IMG/VR virus record: IMGVR_UViG_3300000970_000006
DNA from: a virus
DNA length: 64,000 nt
Strand: one strand, 5' to 3'
The translations under genes were made by a program, and so were the position numbers. The first letter of the stretch is position 1. Each line of letters begins with the position of its first letter. Positions 1-9,578 of this stretch are shown one piece after another. A model generated the notes under the pieces. It searched no databases. It was not told where the DNA came from and saw only the letters and a program-made list of their open reading frames with translations.

Positions 1-200
1 TAATCTAAAACAAAATGAGCAGAAGCTTTTGCTCTTTTTTGTTTCATCCAATTAATTGCACCTTTAGCTGATTGACCTGCAGTAAAATGAATAACTAGAT
101 ATTTCGGGTCCATTTTTCCTGATGTATTTGGCGTCGGTACATATTGAACATTTTTACCATTAATAGCGAGTCTGTTATTTTTAACTGTAATTTTATCCAT
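1..200 (-). CDS. N-acetylmuramoyl-L-alanine amidase (Amidase_2), probable endolysin; runs off the window edge
   Basis: Hand translation from ATG at 200: MDKITVKNNRLAINGKNVQYVPTPNTSGKMDPKYLVIHFTAG...KASAHFVLD; IHxTA and SAHF are Amidase_2 motifs. Confidence 0.8.
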   Translation of the reverse strand, partial: MDKITVKNNRLAINGKNVQYVPTPNTSGKMDPKYLVIHFTAGQSAKGAINWMKQKRAKASAHFVLD

Positions 201-210
201 TTTATTTTTC

Positions 211-549
211 CTAATTCATTGTGTTAAGCGGTAATTCGGGTTCGTTTTCAAACATTAAATCTGAGGGATGCGAAATACAATCAGATATAATATCCATGAA
301 AAAAGAGGCTTGTTTTGGCGAAGCTTCAGCAAATGCCAGAAATTTATTTTTAGGCAGCTTTACAGATGTATGTACTGTATTTTCTGGCATTCTTTTGACA
401 GTCATGTTTCCATCATCATCTGTCATGATTGAATGCAAATAATCAACTGTTATCCAATTATTTTTTTCATTCAAATCAGGAGATTCTGAACTAAATGCAA
501 CATTCATAATGTTTCCACCCACTTCGATTACTGCGCAATATATTTTCAT
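211..549 (-). CDS. hypothetical protein
   Basis: 112 aa ORF overlapping the uvsW stop; no motif recognised. Confidence 0.6.
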   Translation of the reverse strand: MKIYCAVIEVGGNIMNVAFSSESPDLNEKNNWITVDYLHSIMTDDDGNMTVKRMPENTVHTSVKLPKNKFLAFAEASPKQASFFMDIISDCISHPSDLMFENEPELPLNTMN

Positions 550-2018
550 AATTTAACTTTCTTAACTCTGCATTCAAATTCAGATTTTGCATATATTTTA
601 AATCTCTCAGCAGCATGCCGCATGCAAAAATTAACAGCACTTTTCCATGACATATCGTCAATAATATCGAAGAGTTTTGCGTCTTTGGCAGATTTTCTTA
701 ATATTCTACCAATAGATTGAAGTGTTCGTATTTTAGCTTTTCCAGGATGAATAAAAATAGCATGATTCAAATTTGGGATATTAATACCCATTTTGAATGT
801 GCCAAAACTAGCAACGATAATGGATTTTTCATTTCCCATTACAGTTTTACGTATTTTTTCTCTATCTTCTGGTTTAACTTCACCTGCTACATAATAAACA
901 GGTGTGTCAGTTATTTCCTCAAGAGCCTTTTTAATTTTTTTACCATGAGCTATTCTATCAAATAATATAAGAACATTTCCGTCTAATGAATTTGCAAATT
1001 TTATGATAAAATCAGAACGTTTTTTATGGTCAATTATAAATGATAGTTCTTTTTGATAATCGAATTTTTTGGCATCTTTTTTTTCTTGGTCTGAATATAT
1101 TAAATGAATTCCAGTAATTTTTAACTGGTCAATATATCCTTGGTCCATTAATTGCCGAGTCGTAATAATTTCGTGAATATCACCTATCATATTTCTAAGA
1201 ATAAAATGATGACCTTGTTCTTCGTCAATCGTACCAGTCATACCAAATCTGAACTTGGCGTCAGTGCACATACTTAATAATGATTCAATAGATTTACCTG
1301 CAATAGTGTGAGCTTCATCTAAAATAAATCCATCAATTTGTTTAATCCAAATATTGCGCATTTTAACGCAACTTTGCCAAGTCGAAACCGTTAGAGGTGT
1401 ATCAATTATTTTATCTAAACCAGCTCGAATTTTTCTAGAATATGCAGCAACGTCCCAACCATTAATAGTTGAATATTCTTTAAAATCGGACACCATTTGG
1501 TCAACCAAACTTACGGTTGGTACTATTAACAAAATATGTTTGCAAATATCATGGTCGATAAGATAACGAATTGTCACATATGCTACTAAAGATTTACCTG
1601 CAGCCGTTGGTAATAATGTTGTTGCTCGATAAGTTGATAAAGCCTTGGCCACTGCTATAGCTTGGTATTCTCTTATTTTTATTGGATTTTTACCATCGGA
1701 TAATTGAAGACTTTGCGCATATTCAATGACTTGTTCAACCGTAACTTCTTCTTTATGATTATGGTCTACTACTTCAATATTATAACCAGAATCTTCTGCA
1801 AATTCTTTCAAAGAATTAAGCATTCCAATTCCTATCAAACCTTGCATAGGTTTGAATATACGAATAAATCCATCCCACGCTCGATTTTTATACGCAGCCA
1901 TGTATTTGTAGCCAGCAGGACGAAACTTGAAAGCTTCGGCTATTTCAACTAAAATTCCTGGATTTGCTTGTACTTTAAAATAAACTTCGTCTATTTTAAT
2001 TAGTCGAATTGTTTCCAA
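546..2018 (-). CDS. uvsW: UvsW SF2 DNA helicase
   Basis: WDGFIR N-terminal motif, PTAAGKS Walker A, DEAH, GMTGT, QSIGRILR; TTG start with AAGGAG SD. Confidence 0.95.
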   Translation of the reverse strand: METIRLIKIDEVYFKVQANPGILVEIAEAFKFRPAGYKYMAAYKNRAWDGFIRIFKPMQGLIGIGMLNSLKEFAEDSGYNIEVVDHNHKEEVTVEQVIEYAQSLQLSDGKNPIKIREYQAIAVAKALSTYRATTLLPTAAGKSLVAYVTIRYLIDHDICKHILLIVPTVSLVDQMVSDFKEYSTINGWDVAAYSRKIRAGLDKIIDTPLTVSTWQSCVKMRNIWIKQIDGFILDEAHTIAGKSIESLLSMCTDAKFRFGMTGTIDEEQGHHFILRNMIGDIHEIITTRQLMDQGYIDQLKITGIHLIYSDQEKKDAKKFDYQKELSFIIDHKKRSDFIIKFANSLDGNVLILFDRIAHGKKIKKALEEITDTPVYYVAGEVKPEDREKIRKTVMGNEKSIIVASFGTFKMGINIPNLNHAIFIHPGKAKIRTLQSIGRILRKSAKDAKLFDIIDDMSWKSAVNFCMRHAAERFKIYAKSEFECRVKKVKL

Positions 2019-2040
2019 AAGACACTCCTTTTATCAGAAG

Positions 2041-2048
2041 TATCTATA
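2041..2048 (-). promoter_or_regulatory. late-type promoter TATAGATA upstream of uvsW
   Basis: One mismatch to the T4 late consensus TATAAATA, just upstream of the SD. Confidence 0.5.
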
Positions 2049-2079
2049 GAATGGGCGTACTGATGCCGTTTTTAGATAT

Positions 2080-2101
2080 AAAAAGCTCTTTACGGAGCTT
2101 T
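2080..2101 (-). terminator. possible intrinsic terminator after uvsY
   Basis: AAAGCTC/GAGCTTT stem followed by a T-run on the minus strand. Confidence 0.4.
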
Positions 2102-2208
2102 AAACTGTTTTTAGAAAAAAATTATAGGAAATTTAAATCCAGCCGTTAATGTAAAAGTTATTACATATGCCAAAAATAAATATACTAAAAAATTAAATAA
2201 TTTATCCA

Positions 2209-2634
2209 TTATCCACCAGATATAAATTTTTGAAATTCCATGGCGTTTTTTAAATCCCATGACCTTTGCTCAAGTTGTTTAATAATTTTTTCTGTATAAA
2301 ATACAGCATTATGCGCTTCGCTTAAAGCTTTATCAACACTTTGATAATCAGAATCTGATTCAATATATGTTTCTGTTTCTGAAACTGCTATTTTAACAGG
2401 AAACGGTTTTTCTGAACGCCCTCTGTAATATTCAACTTTTTCGCGACGTTGCGTAGATAAATCATGTTCTAATTTTTTTGCTAAAGTTTTAAAATAAAGA
2501 TATTTTTTTAAATACTTCTGATGTAATTTGGAAGCTCTTTGAATTTCATTAAGAACATTCGTTGGGTCAAAAACACAGTCTTCTTCCCAATCCATAATAA
2601 TATCAGATAATTTAATTGGCTGTTTCATACTCAT
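2209..2634 (-). CDS. uvsY: UvsY recombination mediator
   Basis: KLHQKYL, EYYRG, RSWDLKNAMEFQKFISG C-terminus; position next to uvsW. Confidence 0.9.
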   Translation of the reverse strand: MSMKQPIKLSDIIMDWEEDCVFDPTNVLNEIQRASKLHQKYLKKYLYFKTLAKKLEHDLSTQRREKVEYYRGRSEKPFPVKIAVSETETYIESDSDYQSVDKALSEAHNAVFYTEKIIKQLEQRSWDLKNAMEFQKFISGG

Positions 2635-2664
2635 TAATTAATACGAAACCACAATATCTTAAAG

Positions 2665-3270
2665 TTATTCGTCAAAAATATATTGAGTGCCTTCTGGCAT
2701 TATGTCTATTGTATATTCTGTATAATCGAAATTAACATTTCCAACAAGATTTTCAACAGGTCTTTCATTAGAGCTTAATTGAAAACCCTGAAAAGATATA
2801 GGAAAAATTCCTTTAAATCGAACGCGAGCGACCATCTTATCAATTGACGCATTAGTAGTAATAGACAATGTAGCATCAGATACTTCATCATCGTTTAAAA
2901 CCCTATTTTCATCGTGATTAGATGCAGGGCCGATTGCTCTCATCCATCTTTGTATTTCCATAACATTTTCCCAGTCTTCTGAGACGTTAAAATCTATGGA
3001 TAATGGCTCATAGTTAAAACTATCACCTGGTTTTTTGATTTGCGCATATGGAGTGTCGCGAAGAGTTGAACCTAAAGATATTCCTGGAAAATTACAACCG
3101 GTAATAAACTGGTTAAAAACATCAAGTTTTTCAATACTAACTACAACTAAAGGAGTTGATACATTCGTATTTATGTTAGCACGTTTTCGAACTATTGGTG
3201 TGCTAAAACCGCTTACAGGACTAGAGTCATTACTTAAATTTATAGGTTCAGAGAATTTTCTATTTGCCAT
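2665..3270 (-). CDS. tail completion / tube terminator protein (T4 gp3-like)
   Basis: FPGISLG, PGDSFNYEPLSIDFNVSEDWEN, SDATLSI, FKGIFPIS; gp3-uvsY-uvsW synteny; TATAAATA at 3294-3301 (-). Confidence 0.85.
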   Translation of the reverse strand: MANRKFSEPINLSNDSSPVSGFSTPIVRKRANINTNVSTPLVVVSIEKLDVFNQFITGCNFPGISLGSTLRDTPYAQIKKPGDSFNYEPLSIDFNVSEDWENVMEIQRWMRAIGPASNHDENRVLNDDEVSDATLSITTNASIDKMVARVRFKGIFPISFQGFQLSSNERPVENLVGNVNFDYTEYTIDIMPEGTQYIFDE

Positions 3271-3311
3271 ATCATACCTTTATGTTGATATGATATTTAT
3301 ATGTTAGAAAA

Positions 3312-3779
3312 TTATTGAATTATTTCTTTTTCAGAAAAACGCTTTATAAGTGTTATATACTTCAACAAATCATCATAATTAACATCAGTAGAGCTTTCAG
3401 AAGTCATAATTAACGATTGTGTAAGCATACAATATTTATCGCATTCTTCATCAGGAGGAAAATATCCATTGTCATCTGACCATACCATTTGACGAACGCC
3501 ATATGGATTACTAAATTCTGGTATGACATTTTTCATAGCTTCTTCACTAAATTTATATTCAGAAACATTTAATTCATACTCGTTTATGAACATGGAATTA
3601 TTATCATCTAATATCGATTTAAATAACCAATCTTCATCTTTCTCAAAAACAACAAAATCTGATATGCCGTATTTTTTAAGACCTACTGTATAACAACAAT
3701 CAATAATTCCGTGTATAGAAACTGATATAATATCAAAACCATATTTATTCATGATGCCAAAATCCTTTAAAATTACCAT
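3312..3779 (-). CDS. hypothetical protein, DUF4262-like
   Basis: YTVGL and QMVWSDDNGYFP resemble DUF4262 motifs. Confidence 0.5.
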   Translation of the reverse strand: MVILKDFGIMNKYGFDIISVSIHGIIDCCYTVGLKKYGISDFVVFEKDEDWLFKSILDDNNSMFINEYELNVSEYKFSEEAMKNVIPEFSNPYGVRQMVWSDDNGYFPPDEECDKYCMLTQSLIMTSESSTDVNYDDLLKYITLIKRFSEKEIIQ

Positions 3780-4083
3780 TTTCGTGTTTAATTTCGCTTA
3801 ATTCGTTCATGGTGTCCATATAAACTATTTTTTTATCTGGAAAATTATCATGACAATATTGTGAAACATCTTCAGCAGAATTAGTCATACTCTTTTTGGT
3901 TTCATATCCTGTAGTTCCACACAAATCAATAAAAAACACATATTCATCGTTAGAACCAAGAGATAATGCTGAAAAATTATAATCTTCAATGTTTTCGATT
4001 TTAGCGTAATATGAATCATCTACTAAATTAATTTTTTTGAGTTTATCCATCATTGAAAGAACTCGAACTGAACTAGACGACAT
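3745..4083 (-). CDS. hypothetical protein
   Basis: 112 aa ORF coupled to the gp46 stop. Confidence 0.6.
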   Translation of the reverse strand: MSSSSVRVLSMMDKLKKINLVDDSYYAKIENIEDYNFSALSLGSNDEYVFFIDLCGTTGYETKKSMTNSAEDVSQYCHDNFPDKKIVYMDTMNELSEIKHENGNFKGFWHHE

Positions 4084-5776
4084 ACGAAAAACCTTTATTT
4101 TTTTCTATTAACATTTGTTTATTAAACATTTGTATAGTGTTATTATCATGTGTGACAATAAATGTGCTCAAGTTTTCACTATTATTATTCAATATTTGAA
4201 TAAAATCATTTATACCCTGTTCATCTAAAGAACCATCAGCTACTTCGTCAATTACTAAAAGATTTGTGTTTGCTGAATTTCTAATTTGCGCAATATCTCT
4301 CCATGTAAACAGTAATGCTAAATCAATTCTTTGTTTTTCACCTTCGGAAAAGCTTTCATATTGAAATGTATCGCGATGCCTAGAATTAATTGTTTCTTCA
4401 AATTGTCCATCCAAATTAAAGCTAACATTAAAATTCATGCATTCCAAATAATAGTTTATACGCTTATTAATTATTGGAAGATAGTCATTTAATATTTGTT
4501 GTTTCACTCCATCATCACGTAATAATTCCATACAATAATTTATGTGTTCAAGTTGTTTTTGTCTAATGCCTAAATCATCATTGTTCTTTTTAAGATTTTT
4601 ACGTATTTCAATTATTTCGTTTTCAATATCTTTTTCAGCTCCATCATCTTCTGTTATTTTAGATTTTTTTTCTTTAGAAGATTTTAATATTTTCGCATAA
4701 TTTTCAGCTTCAGCGGTAAGTTTAGTTTTCAATAAAATTAAACTATCGTAGTGCTTTTTAGTTCCTTGAAGATTTGTAATATAATCATCGTTACTATTGG
4801 ATTCTATTTGTAAATCTTCATTATCGCAATATAATGAATTAATGTTTTTTTCATATTCATTTATTTTATCATTATCAATTTCAATATCGCCGCCGCATGT
4901 ACCACACTTAGAATTTTTTGCATCTTTTAAAAGGCGTTCCATTAATTTTATTTCTGATTCATTTCCTTTTATGATACTTTTTATATTATCATTATCTTTT
5001 AATGTTTGATTATATTGTTCAAGAGTGTGTTTTAATTTTTGAATTTCTTCATGAGTTTTGAGAAATTCAAATTTAAGCAGTTTTATTTTTTCAGAATATG
5101 ATTTAATTTCATCGTCTATTTCAGAAATACGTGATTTTGAATTTGTTTTTATTTGAGCGAGTAATTCAATTTTACCAGATTCTTTCATTTTGTGAATACG
5201 TTCAAATTCACGATAATCTGATATTTTTGCTCTGACCACACCAGATTTCTTTTTTAAATTTACTAACATTTCTGACAGCACATTTATTTCAAGAATATCT
5301 TCGATTACACTACGTCTATCAGCCTTACTTAATTGCATAAATGGCATAAAAGTTGCTGAGCCTAAAACAATTAATTGTGTCATGCTTTTATGATTAAATC
5401 CAAGAATATTTTTTTCTAACCATTCTTGTTGGTCTACAACATTAGCAAAAATATTAAGCATTTCATCATTTTTATAAATTTCAAATATATTAGGTTTAAT
5501 ACCTCGAACTATTTTATAGAAATTGCCTGATGAATTTAATTCAATTTCTACTACCATAGCTTTATTATTAATGGAATTTACTAGTCTTCCCTTATTAATT
5601 TTTCTAAAAGGTTTGCCGAATAAAACAAAAGACATAGCGTCTAAAAAAGTGGATTTACCTGCACCGTTTTTTCCATAAACAACGGTAATATCATTTGTAT
5701 TTAATTTAATGACTGTATCATAATTACCATATGATAATATATTTTTGAATTTTATTTGTAGAAATTCAATCATCAC
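4073..5776 (-). CDS. recombination endonuclease ATPase subunit (T4 gp46, Rad50/SbcC-like)
   Basis: GKNGAGKS, coiled coil with CGTCG zinc hook, FSEGEKQRIDLALLFTWR signature. Confidence 0.95.
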   Translation of the reverse strand: MMIEFLQIKFKNILSYGNYDTVIKLNTNDITVVYGKNGAGKSTFLDAMSFVLFGKPFRKINKGRLVNSINNKAMVVEIELNSSGNFYKIVRGIKPNIFEIYKNDEMLNIFANVVDQQEWLEKNILGFNHKSMTQLIVLGSATFMPFMQLSKADRRSVIEDILEINVLSEMLVNLKKKSGVVRAKISDYREFERIHKMKESGKIELLAQIKTNSKSRISEIDDEIKSYSEKIKLLKFEFLKTHEEIQKLKHTLEQYNQTLKDNDNIKSIIKGNESEIKLMERLLKDAKNSKCGTCGGDIEIDNDKINEYEKNINSLYCDNEDLQIESNSNDDYITNLQGTKKHYDSLILLKTKLTAEAENYAKILKSSKEKKSKITEDDGAEKDIENEIIEIRKNLKKNNDDLGIRQKQLEHINYCMELLRDDGVKQQILNDYLPIINKRINYYLECMNFNVSFNLDGQFEETINSRHRDTFQYESFSEGEKQRIDLALLFTWRDIAQIRNSANTNLLVIDEVADGSLDEQGINDFIQILNNNSENLSTFIVTHDNNTIQMFNKQMLIEKNKGFSYVV

Positions 5777-6816
5777 TCAACCTGTAAAGATTCATCATAT
5801 GCGTCCGTCATCATTTTTATTAAAGCTGCTTCACTTAAACCTTCTTTAGGATTTAATTTAACGAAGTCATGGACAATGTCAATAACAGGACGAGCACTAG
5901 TGCTATCTGAAGAAACATCAATTTTTACCTTTTCTTTACTAGTTAAAATTTTAAAATCATGTAGAGAAGAATTTTCCAAAACTTCAGCCAATGATTTTAT
6001 TTGATTATCATCACAATCGGCACAATTTATAGTAGCAATTTTGCCTTTAAAAGAATCGTCAGATTCTATAATATGCTGAAGAGTGTCATCATCATATTCT
6101 AATTTCATAAATAATTTTGAATGATTAGGAACGAATGTAATATCGCCATTATCTTCTAATCTGTGATAACCTTTTGTGATATTATTATCAGCACGATTCA
6201 TATGATACTGCGTACCCATATAGAGTATATTATTTTTATTTTGACGCGCGTGGTAATGCCCTGTAAACACCTTCGTGAATTTTGTATATTTGCCTACATC
6301 ATCACCATGAGTGGAAATGATACCAGGCATTAATTCAAATCCTTTTAACTCAAGATGCGCAAATAAATATTCGGCTTGAGTTTCGTCTATTGATTGATTA
6401 ACTTCTTCTTCATTATCTTTGCAAATCCAAGGTATCATCAAACATTCTTTTTCAAGAACTTTTAAAAATGTAGGTTTTGTGACTGCTTTAACATACTGAT
6501 ATTTTTGGCATAAAGGTTCGAGTGAATTTGGAGACAGAGTATTACGATAATATATGTCATGATTTCCTAATAATATAAAAGTTGGTATTTCTCGGCTTTC
6601 GAGTTCTTGTAAAAATAAAGATGCCCTATCAATTGTTTTAACGTCAATCTTTTTTCTATCATGAAGAAAATCTCCAGCTATAATAATAGCATCTGGTTTT
6701 TCTTCATCAACATCAATTAAAAAAGATTGAATGAATTTATCCAATTCTTCAGGAACTGGTCCATCATTTCCACTAACACCATAATGAAGGTCATTCAATA
6801 TTGATACGTACGCCAA
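5773..6816 (-). CDS. recombination endonuclease nuclease subunit (T4 gp47, Mre11/SbcD-like)
   Basis: DLHYG, GDFLHDR, GNHDIYY, HLEL, GHYH metallophosphoesterase motifs. Confidence 0.95.
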   Translation of the reverse strand: MAYVSILNDLHYGVSGNDGPVPEELDKFIQSFLIDVDEEKPDAIIIAGDFLHDRKKIDVKTIDRASLFLQELESREIPTFILLGNHDIYYRNTLSPNSLEPLCQKYQYVKAVTKPTFLKVLEKECLMIPWICKDNEEEVNQSIDETQAEYLFAHLELKGFELMPGIISTHGDDVGKYTKFTKVFTGHYHARQNKNNILYMGTQYHMNRADNNITKGYHRLEDNGDITFVPNHSKLFMKLEYDDDTLQHIIESDDSFKGKIATINCADCDDNQIKSLAEVLENSSLHDFKILTSKEKVKIDVSSDSTSARPVIDIVHDFVKLNPKEGLSEAALIKMMTDAYDESLQVE

Positions 6817-6817
6817 A

Positions 6818-7369
6818 TTATTTTATACCATTTTGTTGATTCATTTCTTCAATTTCATCTATCACCTTTACCGCATTTCTTACAAAATCAGTAACTACAT
6901 GAACATTATCAGCGTGTTTAGCGTGAACTACGGAATCAATTTGTCCATTATGGATTCCTTTTATAATTTCTCTTTTACCTTCTTCAACTTGTTTTTCTTT
7001 GTCTATTCGTTGCAAAAATGCATTACCGACAGATTGCGTAATATAAGCAAATGGATTTTTTGTTATTTCAGGATTAAAATTATAAATGTAACTAACACAA
7101 TGAATCATTGCGTCCGATATCATTTCATCAGCGTAACTCAAATGATTAAAATTTTTCTTTCGAGCATATCCATGAGCTGTATCGTATATGGCTTTTCCAA
7201 TTATTTCTGGTAATTTAGGAGGAGCTTCTTTAAAACGTCCTTCTATTAAGCCATCTTTTTTTCCTTTTTTATGATTCTTTTTTCGTAATAGGAACTCTTG
7301 AACGTCGTCAGAGTTCCTATATTTTACAAAAGCTTCATATAATTTTTTGTTATCAACGTAATTAGCCAA
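6818..7369 (-). CDS. late-transcription sigma factor (T4 gp55)
   Basis: NYVDNKKLY, EMISDA, NFNPE..KNPFAYITQ..NAFLQRIDKEK. Confidence 0.95.
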   Translation of the reverse strand: MANYVDNKKLYEAFVKYRNSDDVQEFLLRKKNHKKGKKDGLIEGRFKEAPPKLPEIIGKAIYDTAHGYARKKNFNHLSYADEMISDAMIHCVSYIYNFNPEITKNPFAYITQSVGNAFLQRIDKEKQVEEGKREIIKGIHNGQIDSVVHAKHADNVHVVTDFVRNAVKVIDEIEEMNQQNGIK

Positions 7370-7501
7370 TTAGAATAACCAAGCCATGAAGATACCAAAT
7401 ACTATTGTACCTGCAATTTGATAATCAGTACTTTGTTTATCCCACCACACTTTAAAGTCATTATAATATGACGTTAAACTTTTATTTTCATTATTTTCCA
7501 T
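7370..7501 (-). CDS. small membrane peptide (43 aa)
   Basis: Hand translation MENNENKSLTSYYNDFKVWWDKQSTDYQIAGTIVFGIFMAWLF; AAGGA SD; stop abuts the gp55 start. Confidence 0.55.
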   Translation of the reverse strand: MENNENKSLTSYYNDFKVWWDKQSTDYQIAGTIVFGIFMAWLF

Positions 7502-7519
7502 TTTTGTTTCCTTTTGACG

Positions 7520-7832
7520 AAGGCCTTTAGGCCTGAGTTTCTTGGAGCCTTTAGCTCCAAGAATTTCCTTATATGAATGTTTTTATTACTCTTAAAGAAA
7601 CCGAAATATTAGAACCCTTCACGGAAGAGAACCAAACATACATTCGTTAAATATTTTAATGTAATTGAATCTGTTAACGTCAGTGAAACTGCAAGCAAGC
7701 TTGCAGACTCGACAAGCAAGCTTGTCTCGTGCTTTTTTTTAATATTTTTTAATATTTTTTAATAAGAGTTAACGAATTGTTCACGGCACACACTTTAGTG
7801 TGATGCCTAAATAATGAGAAGCTGAAGCTTCG
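7520..7832. repeat. array of short inverted-repeat hairpins and AT-rich tandem repeats (possible origin or structured RNA)
   Basis: AGGCC-TTTA-GGCCT; TTCTTGGAGC-CTTTA-GCTCCAAGAA; CTGCAAG-CAAG-CTTGCAG; GACAAG-CAAG-CTTGTC; CACAC-TTTA-GTGTG; GAAGC-TGAA-GCTTC; (TTTTTTAATA)x3. Confidence 0.75.
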
Positions 7833-7850
7833 CAAAAGATTCTCTCTTCA

Positions 7851-7880
7851 ATTATATCGAAGAAAAAAAATTAATGTACA
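7851..7880 (-). promoter_or_regulatory. early/sigma70-type promoter firing into the hairpin array and gp55
   Basis: TGTACATTAAT...TATAAT on the minus strand; the same TGTACATTAAT element occurs at 57644. Confidence 0.6.
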
Positions 7881-8058
7881 GTATCGTAAAATAATTTCCG
7901 GAGAGACTTTTTTAATTCTTGCACCGTAATATAATTTTTTAAGAAAATACCGTGTTTTTTATTTGACCATTTGAAATTAAAATTAAACTATTTAATAAAA
8001 TGATGAAAAAATCCATTGTGATAATCTGATTTTATAGTGTGTTTAGGAAACATAAAAT

Positions 8059-8169
8059 TTACCACCAAAAATATAGAATTATCAATACAATAACAGCATC
8101 TTCGACTCCTGAGAATAATGCTATTATTGATACAATTAATATTATTTTCTTTACTATGTCGTCACTCAT
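8059..8169 (-). CDS. small hydrophobic peptide (36 aa)
   Basis: Hand translation MSDDIVKKIILIVSIIALFSGVEDAVIVLIILYFWW, overlapping the macro-domain stop. Confidence 0.4.
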   Translation of the reverse strand: MSDDIVKKIILIVSIIALFSGVEDAVIVLIILYFWW

Positions 8170-8629
8170 CTAAATGATAAACCTTTACATCGTAATTTGA
8201 TAATTCTTCTTCAATGATTGCTGATATAGTTTTCCAATCACCACCGCCGAGGCCAGAACCAATTTTGGGCATTGCAACTGTTGAGGTCATTCCATCAAAT
8301 GAAAAAGCAATATTTCTCATGCAGCTTCTTATTGCATCGTAATCAACATATCTTTTATTGTCTTTTCCATAAAATTCTTGAGTTATTGCATTTGTTACGA
8401 CAATAATTTTGTCGTCAATTAAACTTTTTGAAACTGCGTGAATATTTTCTCCGAGAACCAAACCATCTTCAGATTTGTGTTTAGTCATATAAGCATCATA
8501 AGCTTCTGGAAATTTTTCTTTTATTGCTTTTGCAACTCCGGATTTCATAACCCCCTGAGCGTTACACCCATGAACAATAACACCTGATTCTGCTAAAGTT
8601 ACATCGCCTTTAATATATTCGATTGCCAT
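8162..8629 (-). CDS. macro domain protein (ADP-ribose binding/hydrolase, T4 Tk.4-like)
   Basis: YIKGD, IVHGCNAQGVMKSGVA, MPKIGSGLGGGDW; start placed at MAIEY behind a GGAG SD. Confidence 0.9.
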   Translation of the reverse strand: MAIEYIKGDVTLAESGVIVHGCNAQGVMKSGVAKAIKEKFPEAYDAYMTKHKSEDGLVLGENIHAVSKSLIDDKIIVVTNAITQEFYGKDNKRYVDYDAIRSCMRNIAFSFDGMTSTVAMPKIGSGLGGGDWKTISAIIEEELSNYDVKVYHLDE

Positions 8630-8704
8630 AATTTTTCTCCAATGTTTAAATGCCAATACATGATTTTTATCACGTATAATATATCAAGTATACCCGCTTT
8701 AAAT

Positions 8705-8941
8705 CTAACATCCTGAACCGGTTCTATAATTTGTAACAGGACCTTCGTCTTTTGAATTATGTTTTTCTAAAACGGATTTTTTAAAATCTTCACACAATTT
8801 CAAAACTTCTGATTTAGGTAAATCACGTAAATGATATTTTCCAGAAACTTTTCCACCATCTACCATAACATAATTTGGAACCGTGAATGGCTTTAATTTT
8901 ATTTTAACTTCTGCTACCATATTATTTACCTTTAATTTCAT
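8705..8941 (-). CDS. hypothetical protein
   Basis: Short ORF in a run of coupled small genes. Confidence 0.5.
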   Translation of the reverse strand: MKLKVNNMVAEVKIKLKPFTVPNYVMVDGGKVSGKYHLRDLPKSEVLKLCEDFKKSVLEKHNSKDEGPVTNYRTGSGC

Positions 8942-9146
8942 TATATGTTTTTAAAACATCTTCTCTATCAATTTTAATTCTATGATGTTTAATTAAAGTG
9001 ACGCATTCATTACAAATAGTTCCATCACCAGGACCTCCCATAGAATCAACAGCAACATTACATAAAGAACAATGTCTAAACGCGGCAGTTGCTATTTGAG
9101 GTTTATTTGTGTCTTCTACAGGACTTATAACGAAATATTTAATCAT
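8922..9146 (-). CDS. hypothetical protein, possible zinc finger
   Basis: CSLC...CNEC. Confidence 0.5.
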   Translation of the reverse strand: MIKYFVISPVEDTNKPQIATAAFRHCSLCNVAVDSMGGPGDGTICNECVTLIKHHRIKIDREDVLKTYNEIKGK

Positions 9147-9369
9147 TTGTATAATTTAAACTTTTCTCATAAGAACTTAATATAATGTTTAGTGCTTTAA
9201 TCTGTTTATAGTCATTATTATCTATTGCTTCTTGTCTATCCTGTTTAATACATCGTATATCCATTTCAACACTTGAAGAAGGACAGCCACTTCTATGGCC
9301 AACAGCATATCCGCCGCCACACTCGCATGATAATCCATGCCATTCACGGTCATATGTTGTTTTAGTCAT
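9139..9369 (-). CDS. hypothetical protein
   Basis: CECGG...HRSGC possible metal-binding motif; coupled ORF. Confidence 0.5.
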   Translation of the reverse strand: MTKTTYDREWHGLSCECGGGYAVGHRSGCPSSSVEMDIRCIKQDRQEAIDNNDYKQIKALNIILSSYEKSLNYTND

Positions 9370-9370
9370 A

Positions 9371-9553
9371 TCAATTATCGCTATTAATATTTTTAGGAAC
9401 GCAAATAGCTATTACAAGTTTTCCTGAAGCACGAGGAGTTTCTTTTAATTCAACAATAGCATTTTCGCATGATTTTTTATCATCAAATTCAGCAGTTGTT
9501 GCACCACCTGCATAACCTGTCCAAAAATACAATACTAATACAAAAGTTTTCAT
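9371..9553 (-). CDS. small phage protein with hydrophobic N-terminus and two Cys
   Basis: EFDDKKSCENA...AICVPK pattern; AGGAG SD. Confidence 0.55.
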   Translation of the reverse strand: MKTFVLVLYFWTGYAGGATTAEFDDKKSCENAIVELKETPRASGKLVIAICVPKNINSDN

Positions 9554-9578
9554 TTACATTCTCCTATTTCTAAGTTCA

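Noticed and set aside
7689-7726. Repeated CAAGCAAGCTTG as a possible CRISPR array
   Set aside because: Only two short copies with no 30-40 nt spacers and no cas genes; treated as hairpins.
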